Below, one piece after another: positions 1 to 12,200 of a DNA stretch of 64,000 nt; within the stretch, counting starts at the first letter, position 1; each line of letters opens with the position of its first letter. The notes beneath the pieces are model-generated. The model was not told the DNA's origin. It searched no databases and saw nothing but the letters and a program-made list of their open reading frames with translations. Origin of the DNA: Ophelia neglecta (lineage: Eukaryota); contig OZ260665.1 of NCBI GenBank assembly GCA_965285935.1, positions 57,474,001-57,538,000 on the forward strand. The letters are read 5' to 3'. Position numbers and translations under genes: made by a program.

Positions 1-450
1 TCAGCCCAGAGAGGCATTTTGGGGGTGAGAGTGGGTGTGATGGGTAGCTCCTTGAGGACATTCAGGGGGATAAGAGGGGGTGTAATTGGTGCCTCCTCCT
101 GGAGGGGTTTCAGGACCGGGGGGAGAGGGGGGAGGCAGGGCACTAACGATGAATATTGGTGGGTATGCTCCAGCCAAAGGCCATATATGGGACCCAAAAA
201 GAGCAGAATCTGTATAATAAAATCTGACACAAACAGAGCTGAAAATGTGTTCTCTGGGAGAGAACACCCAATGCATCATGATTACAAACTTTCCCTTTTA
301 AGGTTATATATCCAACACATTATTTACAGCGGTCATGTTTGGCACAATTGGCCTTCAAGTTAAGTAAAATTGGCCTTCCAGGTTATGGTGTAGCATATGG
401 CAAAAGAAGGCCAGGCATCAGCTCTTGACAATTATTACAAAAATGACTCT

Positions 451-760
451 GAAAATTATAGAGCAATAGCTCTTAGCAGTTTTATGGGAAAATTGTTGGA
501 CAGGATTTGGACAAGATAAATGAAAAGACACTTTTATTTCATCCGACTAACAATATGGATTGAAGAAAACTCATTCTGCAAGTTATTGTGTTCCTTTGTT
601 GTGAGTGAAATTATTCAGTATTATACTTACAATAAGTCCAATGTATATGTTACAATCGTGGATGCTTCTAAAGCATTTGACCCGATGAATATGTCAAATT
701 TGTCCAGGATTCTGCTATCCAAAAACATATGTCCTGCAATTGCTAGATTTCTGGGCCTTT
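451..760 (+). mobile_element. Decayed non-LTR retrotransposon (CR1/L2-like) reverse transcriptase fragment
   Basis: Translation from 451 gives ENYRAIALSSFMGKLLDRI. Frameshifts follow, then QYGLKKTHS and CSFVVSEIIQYYTYNKSNVYVTIVDASKAFD. These match the NYRPISL / QYGF / LDxSKAFD motif order of LINE RT. Confidence 0.85.
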
Positions 761-1891
761 ATATATACAAATTTACATTTACATGTATGTTTATATTTAC
801 AATCACATATTGTGAAATATATGCTTTACATTTCGATTTATAACTAGTGTGTTGCTTCCTTTTCAAAAGGTCATGGTTTACACCCACATTCTCCCATACA
901 ATGAAGTTCTGCAGGTTTAAATATGTTGCTTTTGCTTACTGAGAATAAGAATTCACCAAGTGGCTTGAATATTATGCATACTACTCATAGATTGTATAAA
1001 ACTTTCAAGCTTCATTTTTTTGCTAAACTATCTGAGGAAAAATCTGCAAAAAATCATCATATGCATTTGATACAATTCCATTTAATCCTACATGAAAATG
1101 CAACGGATGTTTTCTGCCTATCTTAATGGGTTATGTGATGAGTTGTCAAGTGTTCTGTATCCAAGAGTTTGAAAAGTCCACCCCAGAAATTGTATCTTAC
1201 CAAGTAACTCACCAATGATTTACATTAACAATGTCCAATTGGATGCCTGGTAGCTATTTCAAATCATGGATTGTTCACACTGTTCAGCCCCTAGATTAAC
1301 GACAGACCCCAGGGGTTGGTGTGAGGATTTCTATTTTAGAGATAAGTTTATAAAAAGCCGGTCTTAAACAATAGTTTTAATTATGACAATTTACCATGCT
1401 TTCTGGGGAATTTCTTATTATAAATTTGTTTTTATATTAAACCCTTCAGGCCCCCCATTGGCATCTTAGAAATCCCCACAACTTGTTTGTTAATAATCCC
1501 TGTACACACGACACATTGTTAATGCCAGTGGTGACATACTGCACTGTTTCCATTCCATTATTCTTGCAAATGATGTTCCTGATCCTGGTAGATGTCATTC
1601 AATAGGAAGCCACAATGGCAATTGTGAGCACACTTCCTGCCTCCTAGCTTAATTATATCTTAAATATATTGCATTTCTCTCCTGACACAACTTCCCCCTT
1701 GAGCCATAACAGAAAAAAAGTGATTTCCAATTTCTGCTGCAAATATGTCTTTTCAGTAAATAACAAATGACTTTTCAGTCTCGGTTAAACCGCCTTAAGC
1801 CAATTCGAAGCAGGCGCTTATCCATGTACATTGTGGGGTAATATATTATGTGCATATTGCTGCTGGATATCATTGGATAATACAATGGTTA

Positions 1892-3149
1892 CCGTATCAC
1901 CTGAATTACAAGACGCGTTTTTTACCCTTTTCAGATTTAATATTTGAACAATTAAAGGGCTTGAAGTAAGGGGTGCGTCTTCAATTGAAGGTTATTAAAT
2001 TTTTTTTCACAAAATTTGGTGAACTACGAAATGATGGTCCGTTATTAGCAGCATATTGGTCGGGCAAAAATAGTCCGTCCACATTGGGCCATATCCATCA
2101 GTATGCCTGTATTGTAGTGATAATTAATTATTATTGAAAGATTCACAACCTATTTTTATCTTTTTACCACATATATGTGTCAAGTAAAAAACTTTTTTGA
2201 GTTCATTTACGTGCTTAGGAACGGCAGAAAAAATGGCAGCCAAGATCGGCGAACCATTGTTGACAGTGTGGGTACCAGTGTTTGGTGACATCTACCGATC
2301 AGGATTGCTATCACTTCTTATAAATCATGGTTTACTGGGTTATAGATACTACTTTTGTGCAGGGTGATGCTGAGCCTTGAAAAGAACTACGATTTAAAAT
2401 CCATTTTAAATTTTATTTTTAAATATATTTATCAAAATAAGTACAATGTTAATACAATACTAGAAAAAATACTACCAAGAAAATATATACAGAATTTACA
2501 AATATACGACCATGTAAACAGTGAAATATGCTAAAGTTCACACCATTCATATCTGCTTGCAAGCAGTCATTGGCTTGCAGTGGGGCACTGAAGGGGAGAC
2601 AGGCTCAAAACCCCCAAAAGTCCTCCTCCTCGGCGGTGACTTCTAGCGATTGATTGTGGAGATCTCAAGAACGAGTTATTTGCCTCAGAGATTACCTCTG
2701 TATTTATTACCAATCCCATGTCCATAATTGCCATTCTACCGGCTACAAGTTTAACACCTTTCTACGATTGCTATTCTATAACCTTTGTAAATTTAACACC
2801 TTTCCCGAGAAGAATGGGAAATAGCAATTAATTACTGGCTTGTTTATGTTAAGTTTGTCTCAGACTACGCGGTCTGTCTTTAAGCTCATTCAACAAATGT
2901 TTGTTTTTCATAACAAATGTTTGTTTTTCATAACAAATGTTTGTTTTTCGCGGACAATGCGCTCTGCGTCGTTATGCCTGGCGACAGGCGCTCGGCGCCC
3001 AATGCACCGCTTGGTACGAAAAAAATTGGATGCGTCTTTAATTAAGGGTTTTTCAATTTTATTTCACCTCAGAAAAATCAATGCAAATATTCCCGAAATA
3101 AGGGGTGCGACTAGTAATACAGGGTAGTCTTGTAATTCAGGTGATATGG
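1892..3149. mobile_element. Non-autonomous Tc1/mariner-superfamily (Tc2/pogo-like) DNA transposon, 1258 bp
   Basis: 23-bp TIRs with 1 mismatch: ccgtatcacctgaattacaagac (1892-1914) and gtcttgtaattcaggtgatatgg (3127-3149). TA flanks both ends (1890-91, 3150-51). Subterminal taaggggtgcg occurs at 1967 and 3099. CpG-richer than the flanks. Confidence 0.88.
2891..2950. repeat. 20-bp tandem repeat x3 inside the transposon
   Basis: (c/t)aacaaatgtttgtttttc(a/g) repeated three times. Confidence 0.95.
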
Positions 3150-3879
3150 TAATAGTTTTGTTGTATTATATTGAGATGTAACTTATCCCCCACAAGGATG
3201 AGTTACTAAGAGACCCACTTATTTGGGTTTTAGTATTAATTATGTTTTTGTATGGTTTCTCATTATGTCCTGTCTCATCTCCGGTGTAAGGCATTCAGTC
3301 AGGGGTCACCTAGAAGACAGTTCTCAGAATAATATAACTCTGACTTTTATTAATGCTTCCGAAACAAATAGGTTGTTTACAAAGGCTATTGACTTTACAT
3401 TTGTCCATGTTTGTCAGCTTTTAGATGGGTATTAAAAGTGTTTGAGATATAGCTAACAATTTCAACCAGACATATCAACAAGAAATATTCATTCCAAACA
3501 AATGCATTTTAGTGAGGATCCTTATTGGCTAATTTCTCAAACTACGAGTCAAATATTCAAGGTACAAAAATGGAACCACGAAGTCCCAGAAAATTAATGG
3601 ACCTCAACATAAATTTGACTTGAAAATAATGTAAATGAAGGGCAACAACTTAAAAGTTCTTTACAACAGATATTAGTATTTTTGAAATGCTCTGTGCAAA
3701 ACAGAAAAGTGCTGAAGTTGAACAAGCCTCTCTGGTTTCTCTGTTTTCTTGTCATGGTGTTGGACCGCTAACAAGCGCCTGTTCTCCCCATACCAGTGGT
3801 CTGTCTCATAATTAATAATCGTAAATGCCTGGTGGATAAAAATTGAAAGTGTAGATCTAAGTGGTGTATTTCACTTTAC

Positions 3880-3955
3880 CTGACCCCCTGTGGTGCCGAG
3901 CTCTTTCCCTTGCAGACACAAAGGGCCTTCACAAGTCCTCGCCCAGCCCAGGTGA
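3880..3955 (-). mobile_element. Possible RTE LINE 3' end remnant
   Basis: Minus strand reads W-RGLVKALC with one frameshift, resembling the terminal WRxLVxALC motif of RTE ORFs. Confidence 0.35.
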
Positions 3956-5004
3956 TTCAAATTTGTCATTTTGGACAGCAGCTTAGTAATTCTGATTGAC
4001 CAGGAAATGGAGAAAATGAGGAAAAGTAGCAATTGCACAACAAGGGGCCATAGGGGACCAATTAAAGTCCTGGCATCTCACTGCAATCAAGTACCTATAA
4101 AAGTTGGTCAGGCCCCTGTGATGTGACTAGGCATTGTTTCTATAGATCCCCTCAGGGCAGCGGAATCCAGGCAGGGCCAGTAAGGAAGGGGGGAATGCCA
4201 CCATGGGAAGGAGTGGCTCAGAAGTGATTTGAAATTTTAAGATGAGGGAAGAGCATAAGTGGAAAACATCCTATTTTCATTTTTTTTTACATTGAATTAA
4301 TGTGAAATTGTCTAGCAGCATAATTATGCCTAATCAATTCATCTTTCTATTATTTAGATGTGCCTAGATTAATTATGTAAAAGGGCATCATTTCAGGTGT
4401 CTATGCTTTACATACTTTTTGGTCACGCTTTTGACCCTTTGGTGAGGATTATTAAACTAGGTAGATATATTGTTTTACTAAGATATTTTGTTTGCTAAGA
4501 TTCAACCAAAGTTTTAGTAATAAAAAATAACATAAATATTCTGACAAATGGGTAGGTAACCCCCTGTCAGCTCTCAGCAGTCTTTGACTAAGACTCCTGT
4601 TCTTGAATAAATTCTTCTGTGGCATTACCCTAGATGAGATGATGAGTAATACACAGGTGCACAGATAATCAGGTGAAGCATTAATGAAGATACCTGTGTA
4701 ACTCTCAGGTAATTTTGATTAATCCTGCCCGAGTATTTGGATATTAGTCAGCGAGTGGCAGCAGTCCTCAGACTTTTGTCTCCAAGTGTCTCCAAACTAT
4801 CTACCCCACAGGTTGTCTATTGTCTCCTCAGGAAGTGCCTCTAATAACCCACGGCTGAGTCATCAGTCATCCACGCGCTTCCCCTGTTGCTCGGTGGCTT
4901 TCTTTCTTCTCTTTGTGGTCAGCTATGGCTGGTTGCTACTGGCCCTATTTGCTTTTCAAATATCTGCAGGGAGAAATGTGTTGACTTTTTGACCAAAAGT
5001 GATG

Positions 5005-5420
5005 ATATATCTTTGCCCATGCTTTGAATATTTCCCCGAGCTATTGCATGGTCACAGTTTTCAGTGTGCAGCCTGTCAGTTTCTGTTGAATTGAGTAAAG
5101 ATGAGCAGGAATGATAAAGAACCAGTTTAATTGAATGTGTTTAAATAAATGGACAGTGTTTGCAGCCCGCCTACAGCGATCCACTCACTTTATCATCAAT
5201 GTGAATCACAAAGGCAACAAATACCAGTTACCAACAGTAAGCTTATTCGGGATTATTTGATCTGAACACTTAGATCTTTGTTTTCCTATTGCAAATAAAT
5301 GAGTTGACTGGTTATCAGTTAAAGACTGCAGCACACTTCCAACAAAGGGGATCGCACTTTTGTATTGGTAAATTAAAAACCAGTGTTGACAAATTACTCC
5401 AGGCATGAACTTCACCAATA
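5005..5420 (-). mobile_element. Possible decayed tyrosine recombinase (DIRS/Ngaro-type) fragment
   Basis: Across minus-strand frames: LPIQKCDPLC, then THSIK, then LG...S...RYI. The order matches LCPV / HSxRxG / LGRWxSxxxxRY of retroelement YRs. Heavily disrupted. Confidence 0.25.
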
Positions 5421-6480
5421 TTTGATGTGGCATTGTTCCTTAATGATAGAAATTTGCATATGCTATTGAAGGGAGGGCGGTGGGGGATGAAATGACCCAT
5501 GGCCTTTGTTTTTTGGCTTTAACTTTAGACCTGCCTAGCATATTGCTGATCTGCAGGATTAAAGGAAGAAATTTTTATCACAGAAGGCAGGCTGGGACTG
5601 CGGTGTCAGGCCTCATCATCATTCCACAGAGAACTTGTGAGTTTGTGAAATTTCCAACCATTCTGGCCTGGAGCTCAAGTCTTATCTGCTGGCAAAAATG
5701 TGTTGCACTTTAAAACCTTTAGGGGAAAGTAGTCCGATCTCTAGAGCAAGGAGGGATGAGGCTTTTTCCAGCTCATCCATCTTTTCCTGCTCCATTATCT
5801 GAACAACACTGCACATCATATTAGAGAAGACCTAGTGGTGAGGTCATAGGTCTTATGAATGTAATTAGTTAAACCCAGGCCACTTCCTATGTCTCCTCTG
5901 GGACATGCCAACAGTGAAATTAACGTCAGAGGTGAATTTTGCCTGCTTTTACTTTATAATCGCAGCGGATGAGCACACAAAATAATGCATTAGCTTCATA
6001 ATCCTAAAGTCAGCAGTGCTTTTCATTAAAACAGATAGCCTTGGGCACCTACAAGGAGGTGTGGGGAGGCATCAGGGTGATTATGACATTAGGTCCACTG
6101 CACTGGATTCAGACAGGCACTAAAAGCACTGTTTAAAATTTAAAGTGGAATCTGGAGTGCTTTGAAGACGACCTGGTCGTGTGTTTTGGCTGTAGCCAGA
6201 GGGCAGGTCAAATGCAGGAAATGTGCCTACCAACAGGGGGGCGGGAATTTAACATATTGTACTCTCCCCTTCAGCTACATTGTGTAACCATACACATTAT
6301 GAGATTTTAATTAAGAGACCCGGAGCACTGTTGAAAAGAATGGTGGTCACAAGGTCTATTCAATTCACTTCCTATTGTGTTATATTGAAATAGTCAAAGT
6401 GAATGGGTTTAGATTTCAAAATTAATATACAGAACAGGTACATAGCATTTTTTACAGATATTACTAATACTTCATGTGTT

Positions 6481-6658
6481 CAGCGAATCATGTGAATTAA
6501 GACCAATCAAGGTAAAGGCAGGAACTGGTCTGATTATAGAGGTGGTCTGTTTACACAGGTTATTTCACATTGAAAGATAATATTATGGCCTTCATATTAG
6601 TTGTGTGAATTGACAGGTAGTCTGAATATAGAGGTGGTCTGTAAGGCAGGTTTCACTG
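6481..6658. mobile_element. 178-bp MITE (pogo/Tigger-like ends)
   Basis: Right end ...gcaggtttcactg|TA and degenerate left end cagcgaatcatgtgaattaagacc. Internal direct repeat gtctga(t/a)tatagaggtggtctgt occurs twice. Confidence 0.65.
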
Positions 6659-7379
6659 TATATATATAAATATATTACTATAATAGTAAGCCTTATGCTT
6701 ATGATTATAATTTTTCATTTACCAACTTTTAAAATGTAAATAAGAGAACTAATATAAGCCTACGCAAAGCTTCTTTACATGGTAAAGCATTCATCATTTC
6801 TATCTTATGGTATAAGTAATAAAAACCATCATTTTTATCAGACTTAACAACAAAAAAACCATCTAATGAAAAAAGGAAGCAATGAATTTGATGAGACTTC
6901 TTATATCATCGCCCTCGTCCAAGATGAAGCTGACTGACAAAGCAGATATCAAACTATGGGAAGGCCAGAAGCAGAAGGTCACTTCATCCCAAGATTATAA
7001 GGCTTTTATGGCAATTAATAAATTGAGATGTTGCAGGTCCCTGGCTTATGTGTGATACCAAGATGATGAGATGCTGTAATAAATGCAGTGATTATGATCT
7101 ATGCACATGAGGTTGATTATAAAAAGGAGACAAGGGGGGTTGATCAATTTGGTTCATTCCCCTACAGACCGGGACATTTAGATCTGAACAAGGAGACATC
7201 ATTGCAGAAAAAGGCCTGTTACACAAAGTGATTCATCACATAGTCATCCAGAAAATGATACTGTTGGCAATTTGGTTAACAAAAGTTTTGTCACAACAAT
7301 GTCTTATAACTTATTCAAGTAATATATGGCCTACGTTCTATTATAGGCTATATCTACTTTGCTATGTGCCCTGACATTT

Positions 7380-7590
7380 ATAGTAATGTTTATGATGTTC
7401 CAGTTGAACTATTCTTTCAATTACAATGTTTGTAGCATTCTGAGGTGACCCATTTTTGGAATATGGTGTGACATTTGACCATTGGAAGCACCCTGGAGGA
7501 TGCCATGCATATTTGATCGTATTTGCCAAAGTCATTTGAACACAGCCACAAATGATTTCTACTAATTTATTGCACCGCCATGAATGCATA
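7380..7590 (-). mobile_element. CR1/L2-like LINE RT N-terminal remnant
   Basis: ORF 7362-7589 (-) contains QWSNVTPYSKNGSPQNATN, matching the WKxANVTPIxKxG...NYRP motif. Confidence 0.5.
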
Positions 7591-8825
7591 AACTAACAAA
7601 TTTATGTATTATTTCATGAACTCAGCCGAATTGGATCATTTGTGCAAAAATTACAATTGAACTAGATTTGTCAGCAGTGTGAGTGATGGCCAAGCACTAA
7701 GATGCCAAACAGTGGGGACTAAAAATTAATCTGCGCTACTTTCCGGCATCGCCAACTTGACCATGAAATGGAAGTGTGTTTTCTGCCACTGTCAGGCGAT
7801 GTATTAGATGAATATGGTTGATCAGGGGGAGGGTAATATCCTGAATTGAAGGCGAGATAAATTAATTTGGCTTGCTGTTCATTTAGACCACTGAATGGAA
7901 TCACCAAGAACTGCTGCCATTGAATGTGAACTGTTTCCTGTAATTAAGCGTAATTAACATACTTTAAAAACAGAATTTTTGAGTACTTGATCAGCTAGGC
8001 CCTAAACTCTATAATATTGTTAAGCTAATGATAAAAATATGTAGCTGGATCAGTCATCTGTGTTACTTTGCACATATGATTCTTCTGAGGTCATTGTGAA
8101 ATGAATGAGGTCAGCTTTTTAAATTTCAAACCTTGGTGTCTGGCTTGTTAAAAATATATTTGAGGGCAGAGTTTTCATAGTCCTGTGAAAAGTATAGTTT
8201 TGAATGGAATCAACAAATCTGTACATCTCTGTCCTTAAGGAGTATAAAAGGGTCAATGGGCTCCATAACATGGCAGTTTCTATGCAGTCAAGGCAATTAT
8301 TTTTGTTTATAAATGTTTTTTTACTTCCAATGTGTCAAAACATTCACCTTACAGCTGTTTCATCATTATCTGAGGACAAAAACTGTGTTGGTCAATGGCC
8401 TGGAAACATATCACTTTATGTATTAATAATGTATTTGTAATTTTTTTTTACAGAAAAGCTTTTTACTTTACCTGTCTGTGGTGGGCAATGGGCATGAAGG
8501 TGGTTCTAAAATATACAGGAGACTATGTATATTATGAAAAAGAACTAGCAGCTGTGCATGCAACAGACAGTTGGGGTGAGCAGCTAAAATGGCTCAGAAG
8601 GCCTGCATGGGTGGGGAGGATATACTGGGTAACATCAATTCTTGGCTATTTTCTTTTTGCAGCTGGGTTAAACTGCATAAATTGTAATATAGTCCTTTGA
8701 AAAATGGACTATTTCTTCTGAGTCTGAGTTTACCAATTCATAGAATCTGACAATCCCTAAGGCCATGGTAGCCCTTCTCCCTCCCTTCTATCTTTATTTC
8801 AGACTATACCAAAAGACCTGCTTTA

Positions 8826-9448
8826 GCAGCAGACAGGCTGCTAGTCCACTGGTGCAGGCATCTGACAGGCTGCTATTCCTCTGGTACAGGCAGCTGACAG
8901 GCTGCTAGTCTGCTGGTGCAGGCAGCTGACAGGCTGCTTGTCCTCTGGTACAGGCAGCTGACAGGCTGCTTGTCCTCTGGTACAGGCAGCTGACAGGCTG
9001 CCAGTCCTCTGGTGCAGCCAGCTGACAGGCTGCCAGTCCTCTGGTGCAGCCAGCTGACAGGCTGCTTGTCCTCTGGTACAGGCAGCTGACAGGCTGCTAT
9101 TCCTATGGTACAGGCAGCTGACAGGCTGCTTGTCCTCTGGTACAGGCAGCTGACAGGCTGCTTGTCCTCTGTTGCAGGCAGCTGACAGGTTGCTTGTCCT
9201 CTGGTGTAGGCAGCTGACAGGCTGCTTGTCCTCTGGTACAGGCAGCTGACAGGCTGCTTGTCCTCTGGTGCAGGCAGCTGACAGGTTGCTTGTCCTCTTG
9301 TGCAGGCAGCTGACAGGTTGCTATTCCTCTGGTACAAGCAGCTGACAGGCTGCTTGTCCTCTGGTGCAGGCAGCTGACAGGCTGCTTGTCCTCTGGTGTA
9401 GGCAGCTGACAGGTTGCTAGTCCTCTGGTACAGGCAGCTGACAGGCTG
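8826..9448. repeat. 32-bp minisatellite, ~19.5 copies
   Basis: Consensus gcagctgacaggctgcttgtcctctggtacag. Period 32 (e.g. tcctctgg at 8941 and 8973). No spacers. Confidence 0.98.
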
Positions 9449-9679
9449 GTATCAGTGCTTCATCAGTATAGTTGAAGCCTAAATTGTGACATGTTTTGAA
9501 GAACTTTATCTTTACACATCTTTACTGCATAAGTGAAATTAAAGACCTCATATGAAAAATTGAACATCTAGTATACTGATGAGCCTTAAGCCTTTAAGCC
9601 TTAAAGCAAGTTCTTTTAAAGGAAATATAAAAAAAAAACTTGAATTTCAATGATCTCTTTTTTTCTTTTCTCCTATCAG

Positions 9680-9694
9680 AGTGTCACCTCACTG
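9680..9694 (+). other. Candidate 15-nt micro-exon
   Basis: Long pyrimidine tract ending ...ttttcttttctcctatcAG, then AGTGTCACCTCACTG, then GTAAGA. Length is divisible by 3. Confidence 0.35.
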
Positions 9695-10959
9695 GTAAGA
9701 AAACTGCTCTGTAAACTTCTTGATTTCACTAACCTACCAGTGTCTTACAGGAATGCTTTCAATTTTGCTGACTCAGTTTAATAATGAAATAAACACTGGT
9801 TGGAAGCAGTTTTCTTGCATTGTGTTACTCAAGCACCTTGTTTTGCTTGGTATTAAAGATGAAAGGAAAATTATTCTCCAGGAGACACTTGAACCTGCTG
9901 TTATTTCTTTGCTTTCCATTTGCCAGATTGCTGAATTCCATTGGGCGCAAAACCCATATAGCTTCACATGTTATGGAACTGCTCAGTTAGAAAGGCCTTA
10001 CAAGCCAACAAAAATCAATGTGATTGCAGTAATCAGGACTTTTTGTCTGTCTCCTGATAGGTTTTATTACACAGAAAGACTTGGCGGGTAATTTCATATT
10101 TTGCGGCTTTTGCATCATGACATTTGGGCATGTAGAACATGTTTTATTGTACAATGGCAATAAAGAACATTTTGATGGTTGTGTGAAAACACCATAATTT
10201 CTTGCTAAATATCCAATTCCAATGCCCCTGTAGTCCAGACGGGACATAAAACATGGCTATGTGCACTGGGGATCCTAATAATCATCCTCCTTGGCCCCTG
10301 CCAGATGGCAATGATTAAGGTTCCTGGGACATGTATTGATTAAGCAATGGGAAAAGACATTAAAAAACAGGAGCAAGTCTTAGTTGGCATTACTAGTAGA
10401 AAAGCTATGAAATCAGATTGAACCAGCAGAGCCTATAGCATTTAACACTTAGAGTTATTGATAGACTGTAGACCTCTTCATTTAGAATGGACCAGAGCAG
10501 TTTCAGAATCAAGGCATGCAGTCTTTCATTTGTCAAATTTATGCCACAATGCCTTTCTGCAGAGCATCTGTAAATCCTGCTCCATTGAGTCAGCTTAATG
10601 ATACTGAGCAGGACTGCTTGGCCCTATGTGGTGTTCTATTTGGGACATTGGCCAGAATTGCCAGCGACTTATCAGAAAACCCATCTGGTATTGTAAAACA
10701 GGGGCATGCTGTCAGGTTGGCAGACTATCTCCTGCCATCAGAATTTCATCATGGCACCCTGATGGATGAATTTATCAACCAAGCAACAAAACATCAGTGA
10801 TGATTCACATTGGTTCACATTGTCCCCACTGGCTGAAGACTGAAAGCCATTGTGAACCAGGCTTGACCCAACCCAACTCATTGACATTCCATTGCTCTCC
10901 AAACAGGCGCAACACATCAGCTATAAATCTGATAAGCACACAAATTGCACAGCTTATGC

Positions 10960-12200
10960 ATCATATTTTTACCAGATTACTGGCTCTTCAGCACATTCAT
11001 GCTTCGAATAGGGTAATATGTGTTATTAAGTAATGGTCCTAGTCTCCTTAATTTGGCGATTTCCAATTGTTGTAGAATGGAGTTGTAAATCTTCTCCCCA
11101 GTAGTTCCTGATGTCCTTAGCAGAGTTCCTGGATATTCCGTTGGACTAGAGAACCTTCCTGTTGGATTGGAGAACCATCCCAAGAAAGACTTTTCCTACA
11201 CCCCTCGGTCCCCTGGCATTCATACATCATCAATGCCGGGGCCATCTTCCAATGCTTCACCAGATATAATTTTGTAGACAAATGGGCTGATTGCAGATCT
11301 TGGGTTGAGGAATTGTTTGATCCCATGCCACACCTCTGTCACTGGGATGTATACTGTGATTGATAGCTCTGTAGATCTCCTATCTCTCTGGCTTAGCAAT
11401 TAGAACCATACAACGAGAAACACCATGTTACCATATTGAAAGTGTTCCCCATACTTTCAGCTTTGAGTACAATGATCAGACTTTCTTGTGGAAATTTTTT
11501 ACAAAATTAAGTGCTTGTTTTAAAGTTTTTTCATTAAATTGGATACAAATTGCCAGAGTTAGCAGTTAGAATGTGTAGCTTTCATACAGAACGCCATTGA
11601 AGTATCCAAGCCACATAGTACATAGTATTATCCATGTCTTTTTCCCTCAGAACAAAGGACATAATGAATATATTTATTATCAACATCAATGATATATCTT
11701 AAATGCTCTGTTGACTATTCTCTTTTTTTACTTTGCCTGTCCCAAGTGTCAAAGGACAATCTGACTGATGGTGGAGACGTATAGTGTATTGTTGCCAGCT
11801 GAGAGAATTCATTGGCCTGAGGGGTTAGTAAAACCTGAGACAGTTGCAATAAAAGGTAAAAGTTACATGCTAGCAGCTGCTTTATCTGTTTATGGCTGCA
11901 TGGTTTTTCCCTTTGATCTTCTTCTCAGAGGGATTTCGATCATCCATGGTGGATGGGGCTAGATTACAGTCTCTGAGAAAGCTTAGATCACCTATCCCAG
12001 GTGGGTTGTAGATCATATCCCCTGGCTGTGATCTATGGCAGTGGTGACTGGACAGGGTCCTGCTGGAGACTGTCTTGGAGATATATGTGATCCAAGGGAT
12101 GCTCTGAGGCACTCTGTCATCAACTCACCTTGGTCAGTGCCAGCGTCAATGTCAGCCTGTGCACATCGTGTTACAGCTGGGTGCCTTATATTGGGCAATT
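10960..12200 (-). mobile_element. Decayed Gypsy/Ty3 LTR-retrotransposon pol (RT to RNase H start)
   Basis: Minus-strand motifs in Gypsy order: IPWITYISK, IDHSQ (cf. CIDPSQ), PSTMDD, SGFTN, SQLATIH..VRLSFD (cf. LTTMHTP..RLPFG), QRC..GIK.LN, IISGEAL, MPGDRGV..SFLG, PLL..YYP..ASNL (cf. YDP..DAS). Many stops and frameshifts. Probably interrupted at ~11400-11620. Confidence 0.6.

Noticed and set aside
1-363. Pro-rich and Gly-rich ORFs
   Set aside because: They arise from G-run low-complexity sequence and show no recognisable domain.
520-843. 107-aa ORF as an active RT gene
   Set aside because: It is a frameshifted, truncated LINE fragment lacking the YADD region.
8873-9337. 154-aa repeat protein
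   Set aside because: The unit length of 32 is not a multiple of 3, so the peptide cycles through all frames. The start is non-ATG. It is an artefact of a stop-poor repeat.
10516-10800. ORF with an RNase H-like LNDTEQ..LA..LFG motif
   Set aside because: It is on the opposite strand to the adjacent Gypsy remnant and the spacing is wrong. Likely chance.
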